From contig CALVQH010000002.1 of NCBI GenBank assembly GCA_944358115.1, forward strand, positions 1,353-65,352: DNA of 64,000 bases, written 5' to 3'. The notes beneath the pieces were generated by a model. It saw only the letters and a program-made list of their open reading frames with translations, was not told the origin of the DNA and did no database searches. Made by a program: the position numbers and the translations under genes. Positions 16,864 to 26,252 of this stretch are shown here, in pieces (positions within the stretch are counted from its first letter, which is position 1; the number at the start of each line of letters is the position of its first letter). The stretch is from an uncultured Bacilli bacterium. Its GTDB lineage: Bacteria; Bacillota_I; Bacilli_A; RF39; UBA660.

Positions 16864-19176
16864 TTAATCTCCCCTATCTAATTTATTTTCGTTTACTTTT
16901 TCGCTCCAGACTGATAACAAAGTTTTTTTGCTTAATAGATTTTCACCTATTACCAATTTGATATTCTTACTCTTTTCTCTATTAATTTTGGCTATTTCAA
17001 ATTTATTTAATAAAGCATTTATTTCAAAAGTGTATATGTCATCAGAAATTACTTGATTAGAAATTTTATTTCTAAATGTATTCCTAATATTTTCTAAAAA
17101 CAAAAACAATTCTTCGTAAAACTCATCTTTTGAAATATTATTTTTCTTAATCTTTTTTCGCTCTGTGTTTTTCATTCGTGTGTCATATAATTTTGCCAAA
17201 TGATTTATCATATTTCCATTATCTGATGTTCCCTTACTATATAACTCTCTAAGTTTTTCAACTGTATAATAATTATCTGTAATTCTTTTAAAAATGCTTG
17301 TTTTACGTTCGTAAATTTTTAGATTCTTACATTCTGGATATAAATCACTATAAAGGTATGTGTCTCGAAAAATTGGATTTCCGACTATTGGAAAAATAAT
17401 TGTTTTATATTGTAATCTTAAAATTTCAGTTGCTGTTAATAATTCTTTTCCAATTAAACTTTTTGTTTTGTTTCCTCCTACTTTAAAGACATCAGTACTC
17501 ATACTTAGAGATTGCGTTTCTATTGTTTCTTTTCCCAATTTCTTTGCAATCACTTCTGCACATTCTATACTATTTGTTTTTAAATAGCATAAAGCACAGT
17601 TATCTTGAATAATATTTGATGTTTCTTTACCATAAACCAAATCAAGTTGTGCAAAACTTTGGATAAAAAATATAAAATTCATTCCTCTTGATCGAGCTAC
17701 TGAAATTGTTGTTTCAATAGCATCAATCGGGGGACAGTTTGCAAATTCATCTAGTAGCCAAGTTACTTTTATTGGAAGAACTCCAGCATTTTGAGGTAGA
17801 TTTGCAAATTTCGTTAAATCCTTAATAAGCATACCCAAAATAATAGTAACCAATTGATAATAGGCTCGATCTTCGTCTGGAATTATTAAATATAAAGCAG
17901 ATTTTTTAGTAGCCAATATAGTAAAATCAAATTCATTTTCACTTGTTATATTTTCTACATTTAAATCATCAAATATCGCCATCTTTTCTGAAAATACAGC
18001 CGTAATGGATTTATAAGTATTTTCTGCAGCAGATAAGATAGAAGTTAAATAATCACGTGATAAACTCCCATAAGGTCTTTCACTTAAATTCTTTTGCAAA
18101 TATGTTTGATTTTCTTTTATCAAAGATGACGTCTGAAACTTTTTGATACTAGATATACTAATTTTCTTTTCATCAATTAATTCATTTTTGTAATCTTCTA
18201 AAAAAATTCCTGCTATACCAATAAATAGCTGTTTAGCGGAATTAATCCAAAAAGGATCTTTAGTATTTTTTTCAACAAAAATTAGATTTGATAAAGAAAT
18301 TACTAATAGATTAGTTTCGGCCTGATGTTGCGCACTTTTATTCTGATTTATTTTTATTTCTTCCAAGATTTTTTTATTATCCATATTCTCGAAGTAGTTT
18401 TTTACATCTTTACTACAATATTCTTTTAAAATATCTTTTTCATACATCTTTTTATTTTTTATATTTTTCTGTATTTCATTGGCATTTACCTTAATAATGT
18501 CTAAAATATATTCTTCGAGTAAATATTTTTCTTTTAAAGTTTCAATATATTTTTTATTATTGGAAATTATTTTAGATATAGATATTTTATTATCCTTTAA
18601 AAAATGCGATAAAAAAATCATCATTATTTTATGATGATAGCAATGTTTTTTCCACTCATTAATAATAGGTTGCATCACATTTATTTTAGTGGATTTAGAA
18701 GGATCTCTAAAATCCAATGTAATTATATTGTAATTATTTTTGGCAAACACATAGGCAGTTTTTTGGAACAGTTCACCCTTAGGATCTGTTATTACAACAG
18801 ATCGTTCTTCTTTAGCATTGGCAATATGAAGAGCTAGAGGAATAGATACAGTAGCAGATTTACCAGAACCAGTTGAACCAATAAGTAAGTAATGACTTGA
18901 TTGATTGTCAAAATATACATTAGTAAAATTTCCTTTTTTCTTTTCATACCAAACTGGAAATCCAGTAGCATTTATATTTCTTAAATTTTCTTTACGAAAT
19001 AACTTTTTAATTTCTCTTAAACTTGCAAATTTGCTTGATCCATATTCATTATGATTTTGTAGTCTCTTTTTAGATAAATATGGATCAACAATAGCAAAAA
19101 AGATTATAAGCGATATCGTAATAAATAGTGCTATCATTAATGGATTAGAAATAGAGCCAAATTTTATATCAGTCAT
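16864..19176 (-). CDS. type IV coupling protein (VirD4/TraG family)
   Basis: 770 aa with N-terminal TM, Walker A LLIGSTGSGKSATV and Walker B-like WLLDEFANCP. Family-typical size. Confidence 0.85.
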   Translation of the reverse strand: MTDIKFGSISNPLMIALFITISLIIFFAIVDPYLSKKRLQNHNEYGSSKFASLREIKKLFRKENLRNINATGFPVWYEKKKGNFTNVYFDNQSSHYLLIGSTGSGKSATVSIPLALHIANAKEERSVVITDPKGELFQKTAYVFAKNNYNIITLDFRDPSKSTKINVMQPIINEWKKHCYHHKIMMIFLSHFLKDNKISISKIISNNKKYIETLKEKYLLEEYILDIIKVNANEIQKNIKNKKMYEKDILKEYCSKDVKNYFENMDNKKILEEIKINQNKSAQHQAETNLLVISLSNLIFVEKNTKDPFWINSAKQLFIGIAGIFLEDYKNELIDEKKISISSIKKFQTSSLIKENQTYLQKNLSERPYGSLSRDYLTSILSAAENTYKSITAVFSEKMAIFDDLNVENITSENEFDFTILATKKSALYLIIPDEDRAYYQLVTIILGMLIKDLTKFANLPQNAGVLPIKVTWLLDEFANCPPIDAIETTISVARSRGMNFIFFIQSFAQLDLVYGKETSNIIQDNCALCYLKTNSIECAEVIAKKLGKETIETQSLSMSTDVFKVGGNKTKSLIGKELLTATEILRLQYKTIIFPIVGNPIFRDTYLYSDLYPECKNLKIYERKTSIFKRITDNYYTVEKLRELYSKGTSDNGNMINHLAKLYDTRMKNTERKKIKKNNISKDEFYEELFLFLENIRNTFRNKISNQVISDDIYTFEINALLNKFEIAKINREKSKNIKLVIGENLLSKKTLLSVWSEKVNENKLDRGD

Positions 19177-19565
19177 ATATCTAATCCTTGAATATTATTC
19201 AAATATTCTAAAGGCAGTTTTTCTTTTCTTGAAATTACAGCACTATTTTTTTCTAATAATAGATTATTAATATATAAAATATCCAAATAGTTTCTAGATA
19301 GTGTGGAAATAGATGGTGTAAATATAAAATTTATTTTATCATGTTGCAAATCATTTATAAGTCTTTTATATTCTTCTCTATTTGAATCAATACCATTCGG
19401 ACAAATATCTATATAGTATTCTAAATTATTAAGATCATAATCTTTTAAATAATAAGATATTGAAGATAAGGCATAATCCATTCTCTCGTTTTTGTCAAAT
19501 TCATTTTTAAAGCGTAAATAAATAGCATTTTTGCGGTTGTTACTACAATTATTTCTCATTTTCAC
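19173..19565 (-). CDS. degenerate resolvase-N-terminal-domain-like protein lacking the catalytic serine
   Basis: 130 aa. AIYLRFKNEFD aligns with the resolvase A.Y.RVStdeQ motif (Ser replaced by Lys). SISTLSRNYLDIL matches the ldRlsRn motif. No HTH or recombinase domain. ATGA overlap with the T4CP gene. Confidence 0.5.
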   Translation of the reverse strand: MKMRNNCSNNRKNAIYLRFKNEFDKNERMDYALSSISYYLKDYDLNNLEYYIDICPNGIDSNREEYKRLINDLQHDKINFIFTPSISTLSRNYLDILYINNLLLEKNSAVISRKEKLPLEYLNNIQGLDI

Positions 19566-19686
19566 CCATTTTTTCCAATACTAATTGTTCTATTCGAAAC
19601 AAGACGCAATCTTCTTCAATACATTTATAGCAGAGTGGACAAATTTGACAATATTCTGATATTTCAAATAAAATTTCATCTTTCAT
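19549..19686 (-). CDS. Cys-rich micro-protein (45 aa)
   Basis: Own translation MKDEILFEISEYCQICPLCYKCIEEDCVLFRIEQLVLEKMGENEK*, with a CxxCxxCxxC...C pattern. It is coupled (ATGA) to the upstream micro-ORF and overlaps the start of the downstream gene. Confidence 0.45.
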   Translation of the reverse strand: MKDEILFEISEYCQICPLCYKCIEEDCVLFRIEQLVLEKMGENEK

Positions 19687-19775
19687 ATATTTGTATCACC
19701 TTCAACGATAGCTAAACACTCATAAAATATGATTCTATTCATTTTTGATATTTTTCTATTTATAAATAAATCCAT
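19683..19775 (-). CDS. micro-ORF (30 aa)
   Basis: MDLFINRKISKMNRIIFYECLAIVEGDTNI*, preceded by a strong AAAGGAGGAG RBS. Confidence 0.4.
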   Translation of the reverse strand: MDLFINRKISKMNRIIFYECLAIVEGDTNI

Positions 19776-19792
19776 TTTACTCCTCCTTTATT

Positions 19793-20269
19793 TTAAATTT
19801 GCATTTCAGAATCATAAGCATTATTTTGAACTAATTTTTCATTAATTATATCCCAATCTTTTAATGCTCTGATTATAAAATTATATTCTCTGCTTTCAAT
19901 TTTCCCAGTAATTTTCTTATTATAAAAGATTTTAGTATAGTGTAGATATTTTAAAAAATTGATTAAATCGCATCTCACAGATGAATTATCTATATTTTTA
20001 TTAATCTGAGATAATTTTATATTTTTAAATAAGTTATCAGACAGTATATACTCCGACAAATAATCTTCTATATGTTCATTAAGAATTTTCAAAAGTGATT
20101 TTCCATTAATAAATCTTTCGACATCATATTCATCAAAGCCATAATTGTATAACAAATTAGCACTCCTAATCATTAAAAAATCTTTATTACATATAATAGG
20201 TTCATGTTTATCGAGTCTATTATGATTCAGACTATTTTCTTTAAAATAGTTGGTTTTCATCTTTCGCAT
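19793..20269 (-). CDS. hypothetical protein (158 aa)
   Basis: ORF overlaps the upstream paralogue gene by 29 nt. Confidence 0.6.
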   Translation of the reverse strand: MRKMKTNYFKENSLNHNRLDKHEPIICNKDFLMIRSANLLYNYGFDEYDVERFINGKSLLKILNEHIEDYLSEYILSDNLFKNIKLSQINKNIDNSSVRCDLINFLKYLHYTKIFYNKKITGKIESREYNFIIRALKDWDIINEKLVQNNAYDSEMQI

Positions 20270-20912
20270 ATGACTGCTCCTTATAATCTTTTACAAAATC
20301 GTTTGTAGATGTTAAACCTTCAACCCATTTAATGATTCCTCTATCATCATATTTATTAACGTAATCTCGAATAACATTTTCGTTTTCATATCTGTCAATA
20401 TAAGCATAAAAATCTTCAATAGTATTATCTATATCCATTAATTCTTGATTGCTTAAATTTTCTTTTAATTTTTCACCATCATAAACACCATTTAAATAAC
20501 GAAAAGGCTCATGATCCACATTATTATTAACTTTACTTATTAAAGTGCCTTTAAAATACGAATCTACAAAACTATTCATTCTGATAGAATTGTATTTACA
20601 ATATTTTTCTGAAATATATTTTATCAGCATACCACTATGATCCATCGACACATCATTTTTAAAAAGCGAATCTATAAATACACCGCCAAAAGCATCTTTT
20701 TCAATACTTTCATCCATTAATTTCATAGCTGCCTTTGTATTCATATAAACATAATAATCGTCAGTACAGTAGTAATAACATATATCATTATCACAATACA
20801 TTAAACTGCATTCCCTTCTTAAAGCATTATTATTACTTAATTTCATATTCCAATCGTCTTTTGAACGTTCCTTAATTCTTATTGGAATTTTATAATTTAA
20901 TACAGTACTCAT
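20241..20912 (-). CDS. paralogue family member 1 (LMYCDNDICYY family), 223 aa
   Basis: Shares LMYCDNDICYYYC..YVYMNT, KYNSIRMNSFVDSYFK and LSNQELMDIDNTIEDFY with 22134..22793 and, more distantly, 20960..21955. Confidence 0.7.
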   Translation of the reverse strand: MSTVLNYKIPIRIKERSKDDWNMKLSNNNALRRECSLMYCDNDICYYYCTDDYYVYMNTKAAMKLMDESIEKDAFGGVFIDSLFKNDVSMDHSGMLIKYISEKYCKYNSIRMNSFVDSYFKGTLISKVNNNVDHEPFRYLNGVYDGEKLKENLSNQELMDIDNTIEDFYAYIDRYENENVIRDYVNKYDDRGIIKWVEGLTSTNDFVKDYKEQSYAKDENQLF

Positions 20913-20959
20913 TATATCTAGTTCATTTATACATATCCCCCCTTTTTATACATAATCTG

Positions 20960-21955
20960 TTATATTTGCATATCTTTCTTTAAACTATCTTTTAAATCTA
21001 ACATATCATAGATTTTTTCTATTTCTTTGCAAACCATTTCTACTCCATTCCACGCTTTTGTTTCTAAAATGATTTTAGTTTTATCATCAAAAGTTATTTC
21101 TGTTAAATAAGCACCATCTTTCATCCCGTTTATAGTATCAAGATATTTAAATGAAATGTCTAAATCTTCTAATATATCTTGGTACATTGAAGAAAGAGAA
21201 TATAAGCCATAATCATCATCGCTTCCATATTTCATTAAATCTTTAATGTTATGATTATCAAAGTATTTTTTAACAGCTTCTTGAATAAAATTCTTTTCCT
21301 TGAAACATTTTACAAAGCCCTCTGTTGATACTACCCCCTCTAGCCATTTTACAGCATTAGAATTTCCATATTTAGTTATATAATCATTCATAGTATCTTG
21401 TTCACCCATATATTTAAATTTGTAAGACAAATAATCCTTCACAACTTTTTCAAGTTTTACAAGTTTCCTTTTATTAAGTTCTCTCTTTAGAATATTGTAA
21501 TTGCCAAAACGAGAAATACAACACAAAGGATCGTAGTCATTAATAGCACTTTCTAAAATATCTTTAAAATAATCCGTAATGTAACAGTTCATTTTTATAG
21601 AGTTGTAATTTTTATATTTATAGGCAATTTCTTTGATTAGTTTACCACTATAATCTATTGAAATATCGTTTTCGGAAAGAGAATTTACATTTATTGCTCC
21701 AAAGCTATCATGAGCAAAATTTTCATTCATTTGTTTTATTGCTTGATTAGTATTCATATAAAGATAATCACCATCAAAGCAATTGTAATAACAAATATCA
21801 TTATCGCAATATAATAACTCGTTTTTATTATCTAACATTATTGTTTCTAAATAAGATTTATCTCCTAATAATTCATCAGGACAATCAAGATATTCTTTTA
21901 TAACTAAAGGTATTTTATATTCATTTATTAATTGTTTAATATTTAATTCTTTCAT
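20960..21955 (-). CDS. paralogue family member 2 with C-terminal extension, 331 aa
   Basis: LLYCDNDICYYNC..YLYMNT and NYNSIKMNCYITDYFK, plus an extra ~110-aa C-terminal region. Confidence 0.7.
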   Translation of the reverse strand: MKELNIKQLINEYKIPLVIKEYLDCPDELLGDKSYLETIMLDNKNELLYCDNDICYYNCFDGDYLYMNTNQAIKQMNENFAHDSFGAINVNSLSENDISIDYSGKLIKEIAYKYKNYNSIKMNCYITDYFKDILESAINDYDPLCCISRFGNYNILKRELNKRKLVKLEKVVKDYLSYKFKYMGEQDTMNDYITKYGNSNAVKWLEGVVSTEGFVKCFKEKNFIQEAVKKYFDNHNIKDLMKYGSDDDYGLYSLSSMYQDILEDLDISFKYLDTINGMKDGAYLTEITFDDKTKIILETKAWNGVEMVCKEIEKIYDMLDLKDSLKKDMQI

Positions 21956-21969
21956 TTTAAACCACCTTT

Positions 21970-22140
21970 CTATCTTTCTAATTCTTTTTCTTCCAACATT
22001 TTATAAAACTCTTGTGCAATTTTATCTTGTTCATATAATAATCTGTTTAAAGTTTTGATAGTCTCATACTTAATTGTCTACCCATTTAAAATATTTTAAG
22101 TACTTTAATGCGCGTTTTTAACAAGTTATTTTTTTAAGAT
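21970..22140 (-). pseudogene. duplicated, frameshifted 3' remnant of the relaxase gene
   Basis: About 157 bp (21981-22137) aligns by eye with 22821-22978 with few mismatches. It translates to ...KTLNRLLYEQDKIAQEFYKMLEEKELER*, against ...KTLNRLVYEQDKIAQEFYKMLEEKEYEK* for the relaxase C-terminus. A frameshift and stops lie upstream. Confidence 0.75.
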
Positions 22141-22793
22141 AATTGTGTTTCATTTTCTGTTTCTTTAATATTTTTTATAAGATCTTCTGTATTAGTGAGT
22201 CCCACGAACCATTTGATGATGCCAGCACTATCATATTTATCAATATAGTCTTGAATAATACTTTCACTATCATATTTGTTAGTATAAATATAAAAATCTT
22301 CAATGGTATTATCTATATCTATTAATTCTTGATTGCTCAAATATTCTTTTAGTTTTTCATTATCGCAAATATTGTCTAAATAGCGAAAAAAAATGTTGGA
22401 TTCACTAATCAAATACTTTTTAAAATCCGAATCTACAAAACTATTCATTTTAATGGAATTATATTTATTATAATCGTCACTTATTTTCTCTATTATCGAG
22501 CCATTATAATCCTTGTTAAAAAGGAATAACCCTAATATATTGAGTTTTTCAGATTTACAATTTCTTTTTTCAACATAATTAATTAAATTTCTAGTATTTA
22601 TATAAATGTATTCTCCATTATTAAAATCATAATAGCAAATGTCATTATCACAGTACATTAAATTAGCTTGTAAATGTTGTGTTTCTTTATGAACCACATT
22701 ATTATTTATAAAATCAAATGTAGGAAAAGCAATTATTAATACTCGTGGAATCATATTTTCATTTATCAAACTTTTTATATTCAATTCTTCCAA
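22134..22793 (-). CDS. paralogue family member 3, 219 aa
   Basis: LMYCDNDICYYDF..YIYINT, KYNSIKMNSFVDSDFK and LSNQELIDIDNTIEDFY. Confidence 0.7.
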   Translation of the reverse strand: MEELNIKSLINENMIPRVLIIAFPTFDFINNNVVHKETQHLQANLMYCDNDICYYDFNNGEYIYINTRNLINYVEKRNCKSEKLNILGLFLFNKDYNGSIIEKISDDYNKYNSIKMNSFVDSDFKKYLISESNIFFRYLDNICDNEKLKEYLSNQELIDIDNTIEDFYIYTNKYDSESIIQDYIDKYDSAGIIKWFVGLTNTEDLIKNIKETENETQLS

Positions 22794-22809
22794 CCAACAT
22801 CACCTCTAC

Positions 22810-24273
22810 TTATTTTTCGTATTCTTTTTCTTCTAGCATTTTATAAAACTCTTGTGCAATTTTATCCTGTTCATATACTAATCTGTTTAATGTTTTGATA
22901 ATCTCATATTTAGTTGTATTCCCTTTAAAAACATTTTTAAGTATATTACTACGTATTTTTAACAAACTATTTTTTTTAGAATTTTTATAATTTTCTGTAT
23001 AACTATCATAAGAAATCTCTTGAATTATATCTTCTAATTTAAAATCGCTTTTTTCCAATTTTTTCTTTCGATAACTATGATTATATAATGCGTGATTGAC
23101 AATAGCATTCAAAATATAACTATCATTTCTTTCTAATTTTTGATTAAGCATTTTATTTTCTAATTCATTCTTAAATTCAATTACATTAATATTATTTCTT
23201 TTATCAATATCAATTAAAATACCATTAATATCTCTAACAGTTTCCATTATTTTATTTTGAATCTGTTTAATTTTCGGATCTTTAAAAATTTCCCGCTTAA
23301 TCTCTTTTGTAATATTTCTAATTTCTATACCTAACTCATTACGTGGTAAAGAGTTATACTTAATATATTTTCTATCGGTCCCTCTTATTTGATTTAATAA
23401 ATATCCAAGTTTTACAATTTTTTCTTCAATTTCGACATTATGAATGTTTTTTAGAGTAAAATTACAATCATTTGGATTAAAATATTTTTTTAAGTCATCT
23501 AAATTTTTTTCTAATTTTTTTAACGCAGGAGTATATACTTTTTGCCTTTCTATTGTTAGTACTGCCTGTCTTTTTAAAAAATTTCTTTCTTCACCGGTTA
23601 TTTTTAATTTTCTTCTATAAGATAAATTACCATTTTTACTTTTATAGCATGGATTCTTTTCTACCCATGAAATATGATAGTGATAATTATTTTCATTATC
23701 AGTATGTAGTGCCACAACCCATTCTAAACTTTTCTTTGGATTATCATATCCACAATATTTCAAAAATTTGGGCATAACGTCCACGGCAATCTTTTTTTGT
23801 AGATCTTTTGCATTGATATTTCGATCAATATATTCCCGATAAAAAGATAAAACTGATAATTGTATGTTACTATTTTCTATATAATTGCTCCATCTTTTCT
23901 GTAATTTTGGAACGTCTTTATCTAACAAAAAAGAGCCATCTTTTAAGATAGCCATTTGTTCTCTTTTCATTTGATTTGTATACATTGTTTCTTTACTTTT
24001 CTTACTTCCCAAAAAATACTGGAACATACCATTTTCATTATTATGTAAATAATCAAAAATTGACACATAACTTTTTTCTTCATTTCTACTATAATCAAAA
24101 AATCCTATTATGTATTGTTTAATTTTTTGACGGTATTCTTCTTTTGTTGTACATTGTATAAATGTCCATTTATTGGAATTTTTAGCTTTATGATAAATTC
24201 TCAAATTATTATCAGGATTATTTACTGCATAATAAGGATGAGTAATAAAAATCGTTTTAGAATCATTAAACAT
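22810..24273 (-). CDS. conjugative relaxase (MobL / MOB_P-like HUH nuclease)
   Basis: 487 aa. Histidine-triad-type motif ALHTDNENNYHYHISW (HxDxxxxxHxH) and N-terminal Tyr-containing FDYSRNEE. Positioned with an RHH accessory gene. Confidence 0.6.
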   Translation of the reverse strand: MFNDSKTIFITHPYYAVNNPDNNLRIYHKAKNSNKWTFIQCTTKEEYRQKIKQYIIGFFDYSRNEEKSYVSIFDYLHNNENGMFQYFLGSKKSKETMYTNQMKREQMAILKDGSFLLDKDVPKLQKRWSNYIENSNIQLSVLSFYREYIDRNINAKDLQKKIAVDVMPKFLKYCGYDNPKKSLEWVVALHTDNENNYHYHISWVEKNPCYKSKNGNLSYRRKLKITGEERNFLKRQAVLTIERQKVYTPALKKLEKNLDDLKKYFNPNDCNFTLKNIHNVEIEEKIVKLGYLLNQIRGTDRKYIKYNSLPRNELGIEIRNITKEIKREIFKDPKIKQIQNKIMETVRDINGILIDIDKRNNINVIEFKNELENKMLNQKLERNDSYILNAIVNHALYNHSYRKKKLEKSDFKLEDIIQEISYDSYTENYKNSKKNSLLKIRSNILKNVFKGNTTKYEIIKTLNRLVYEQDKIAQEFYKMLEEKEYEK

Positions 24274-24496
24274 TTCTTTTTTCCAATAATTGGATTAAAT
24301 TATCTATTTTGGGCAATAAATTATCTATTAGCTGTTTTAATTCTAAATCCTCGTTAAATTTTAATATGCCTAATTCTAAAAGTTCAATGATTAGATCATT
24401 CTTATAAGTATACGAATATTTACTTGCCATATCATTTATTCGCTTGTTTAAATCATTAGATATACTTATACTTCTCCTAATAAATTCTTTTGACAT
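24266..24496 (-). CDS. ribbon-helix-helix protein, probable relaxosome accessory factor
   Basis: 76 aa. N-terminal beta-strand RRSISISNDLNKRINDMA, followed by helices. Overlaps the relaxase start by 8 nt. Confidence 0.5.
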   Translation of the reverse strand: MSKEFIRRSISISNDLNKRINDMASKYSYTYKNDLIIELLELGILKFNEDLELKQLIDNLLPKIDNLIQLLEKRNV

Positions 24497-24525
24497 AAAA
24501 ACCCCACATCTTTTTATATGAAATA

Positions 24526-25515
24526 TTATATATTCATGGTGTTTTCTTCTATTTCATAATCTTGGTATAAATCTATTAGATTAGTGTATCCTTCAATATA
24601 TAAATAATCATTTAATATTATTCCATACCGTTGACAAAGTTGTTCTAGCTTTTGTTTACTTTTATCTTTTGATCTTCTGAATTCTTGACTAATTGTATTC
24701 GTTATCTTATCAGCTTTATCTAATTCTAATCTTTCAAAATTACGATCGTCATTAAATAATGTTATTAAATCTCCATAACCCAAAACAAGATATTCCCCAG
24801 TATCTATTTCCAAAACTTCTTCTAATCCGTACTTCTTTACCTCTTTTTTTAAGAAATCAATATCATCTTTAGAATATTCTTCATTATAAAAATCATTCCA
24901 TCCTTCATAATCAATATGACACATTTCACTATCACTGCTATAAACCCCGTCATATACATCCTGCAATATTTTAGAACAGTTTGATACTTTAGGAAGTTTT
25001 GTGTATTGTTCAAAATTCTTATACATTAAATTTTTGATTTTAGTTACCAAATAGATACTTTTGCCATTGTTTTCTATTTCAAAACTATCAGCAATGTTAG
25101 CTACTGGAATATTGTGTTGGTATAAAATTGCATTAACACCAAAATCTCCAAAATCTCTAGACCAAATAGCTATAATTTCAACTTCTCTATTATTGTTTTC
25201 ATAGCCATCCCAAGTCCATCCAAGAGAGCCAAAATCATACAATTCTTTTTCACCATCGATAGTATCTATAATCTTTTTTTTCACAATTTCTGTACTTATT
25301 TCATTATCACTTTCAGTTATTTTACAAATAAAACAATCCTTATATTTATCATAAGTTATTTCATATCCTAAACTACTAAAATCATGAGCAATTAGTATTG
25401 CATTTACTTTATCAAAATATGGCATTGCCCAACCATTCCAACTCTGATTTTTATTATAATATCCTTCATAATAGTCTGAATCTTCTATACAAAAAAAACC
25501 TTTTTCTATATTCAT
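24526..25515 (-). CDS. hypothetical protein (329 aa)
   Basis: Long ORF with no recognised motif. Confidence 0.65.
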   Translation of the reverse strand: MNIEKGFFCIEDSDYYEGYYNKNQSWNGWAMPYFDKVNAILIAHDFSSLGYEITYDKYKDCFICKITESDNEISTEIVKKKIIDTIDGEKELYDFGSLGWTWDGYENNNREVEIIAIWSRDFGDFGVNAILYQHNIPVANIADSFEIENNGKSIYLVTKIKNLMYKNFEQYTKLPKVSNCSKILQDVYDGVYSSDSEMCHIDYEGWNDFYNEEYSKDDIDFLKKEVKKYGLEEVLEIDTGEYLVLGYGDLITLFNDDRNFERLELDKADKITNTISQEFRRSKDKSKQKLEQLCQRYGIILNDYLYIEGYTNLIDLYQDYEIEENTMNI

Positions 25516-25843
25516 TTTACCCCCCTTTTTATTTTTAATATATAAATTAAGTTCAATACATTACTTAGTATTTCTTTTATTATCTAACTCTATAAAAATT
25601 AAAAAGAGTAACCCAACTGTTACTATTTCAAAAAGAGAACTACCTTCTAAAATCAATCCCATTAAACTAAATATTAGCAATAAAATCATAAAAATCTTTT
25701 CCAATATTTCCACCCGCCTTTTCTTTATTTTGTGATATCTATTTTAAATAATTTTATTATAAATTTTTAATATATTAATTATATTGAATTTCAAGAACTC
25801 TAGTAAGATATACTAACGTTTCTGATAATTTATTTGAATGTTC

Positions 25844-26161
25844 TTAAAAATCTACGTACTTTTTAAAATTTTTATCATAAAACTCACGTAGCAAGAGATT
25901 ATCCTCTAATTTTTCATTCATAGGGAATCCCAAATTTGCATATATTTGTTCTAACAATTTTTTATTAATATTTTCTCTATATAACAAACGATTTAACTTA
26001 TTATTTATATCTGAAAAAAGAAGCATTATTTCATTTGATTCACTTGCTTCTTTAATACATTTTTTTATAGCTGCACTTTTTGTAGATAATTTATTTTTTT
26101 TCATATATTCTTTTATCTGTTGTTCTAAGTTTTGATCTGCAACTATAGTATACCTTGTCAT
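25844..26161 (-). CDS. small RHH-like protein (105 aa)
   Basis: N-terminus MTRYTIVADQNLEQQIKEYMKKNKLSTKSAAIKKCIKEA fits the beta-strand/helix/helix pattern of the CopG/Arc family. Confidence 0.4.
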   Translation of the reverse strand: MTRYTIVADQNLEQQIKEYMKKNKLSTKSAAIKKCIKEASESNEIMLLFSDINNKLNRLLYRENINKKLLEQIYANLGFPMNEKLEDNLLLREFYDKNFKKYVDF

Positions 26162-26252
26162 TTATCCTCACCCCTTTTTAATAAAATCAAAAATTATCAT
26201 TCTTTATTTTTTAGTTATAAAATATATCTAAAGTTTAAAAATGGTACTTTCT

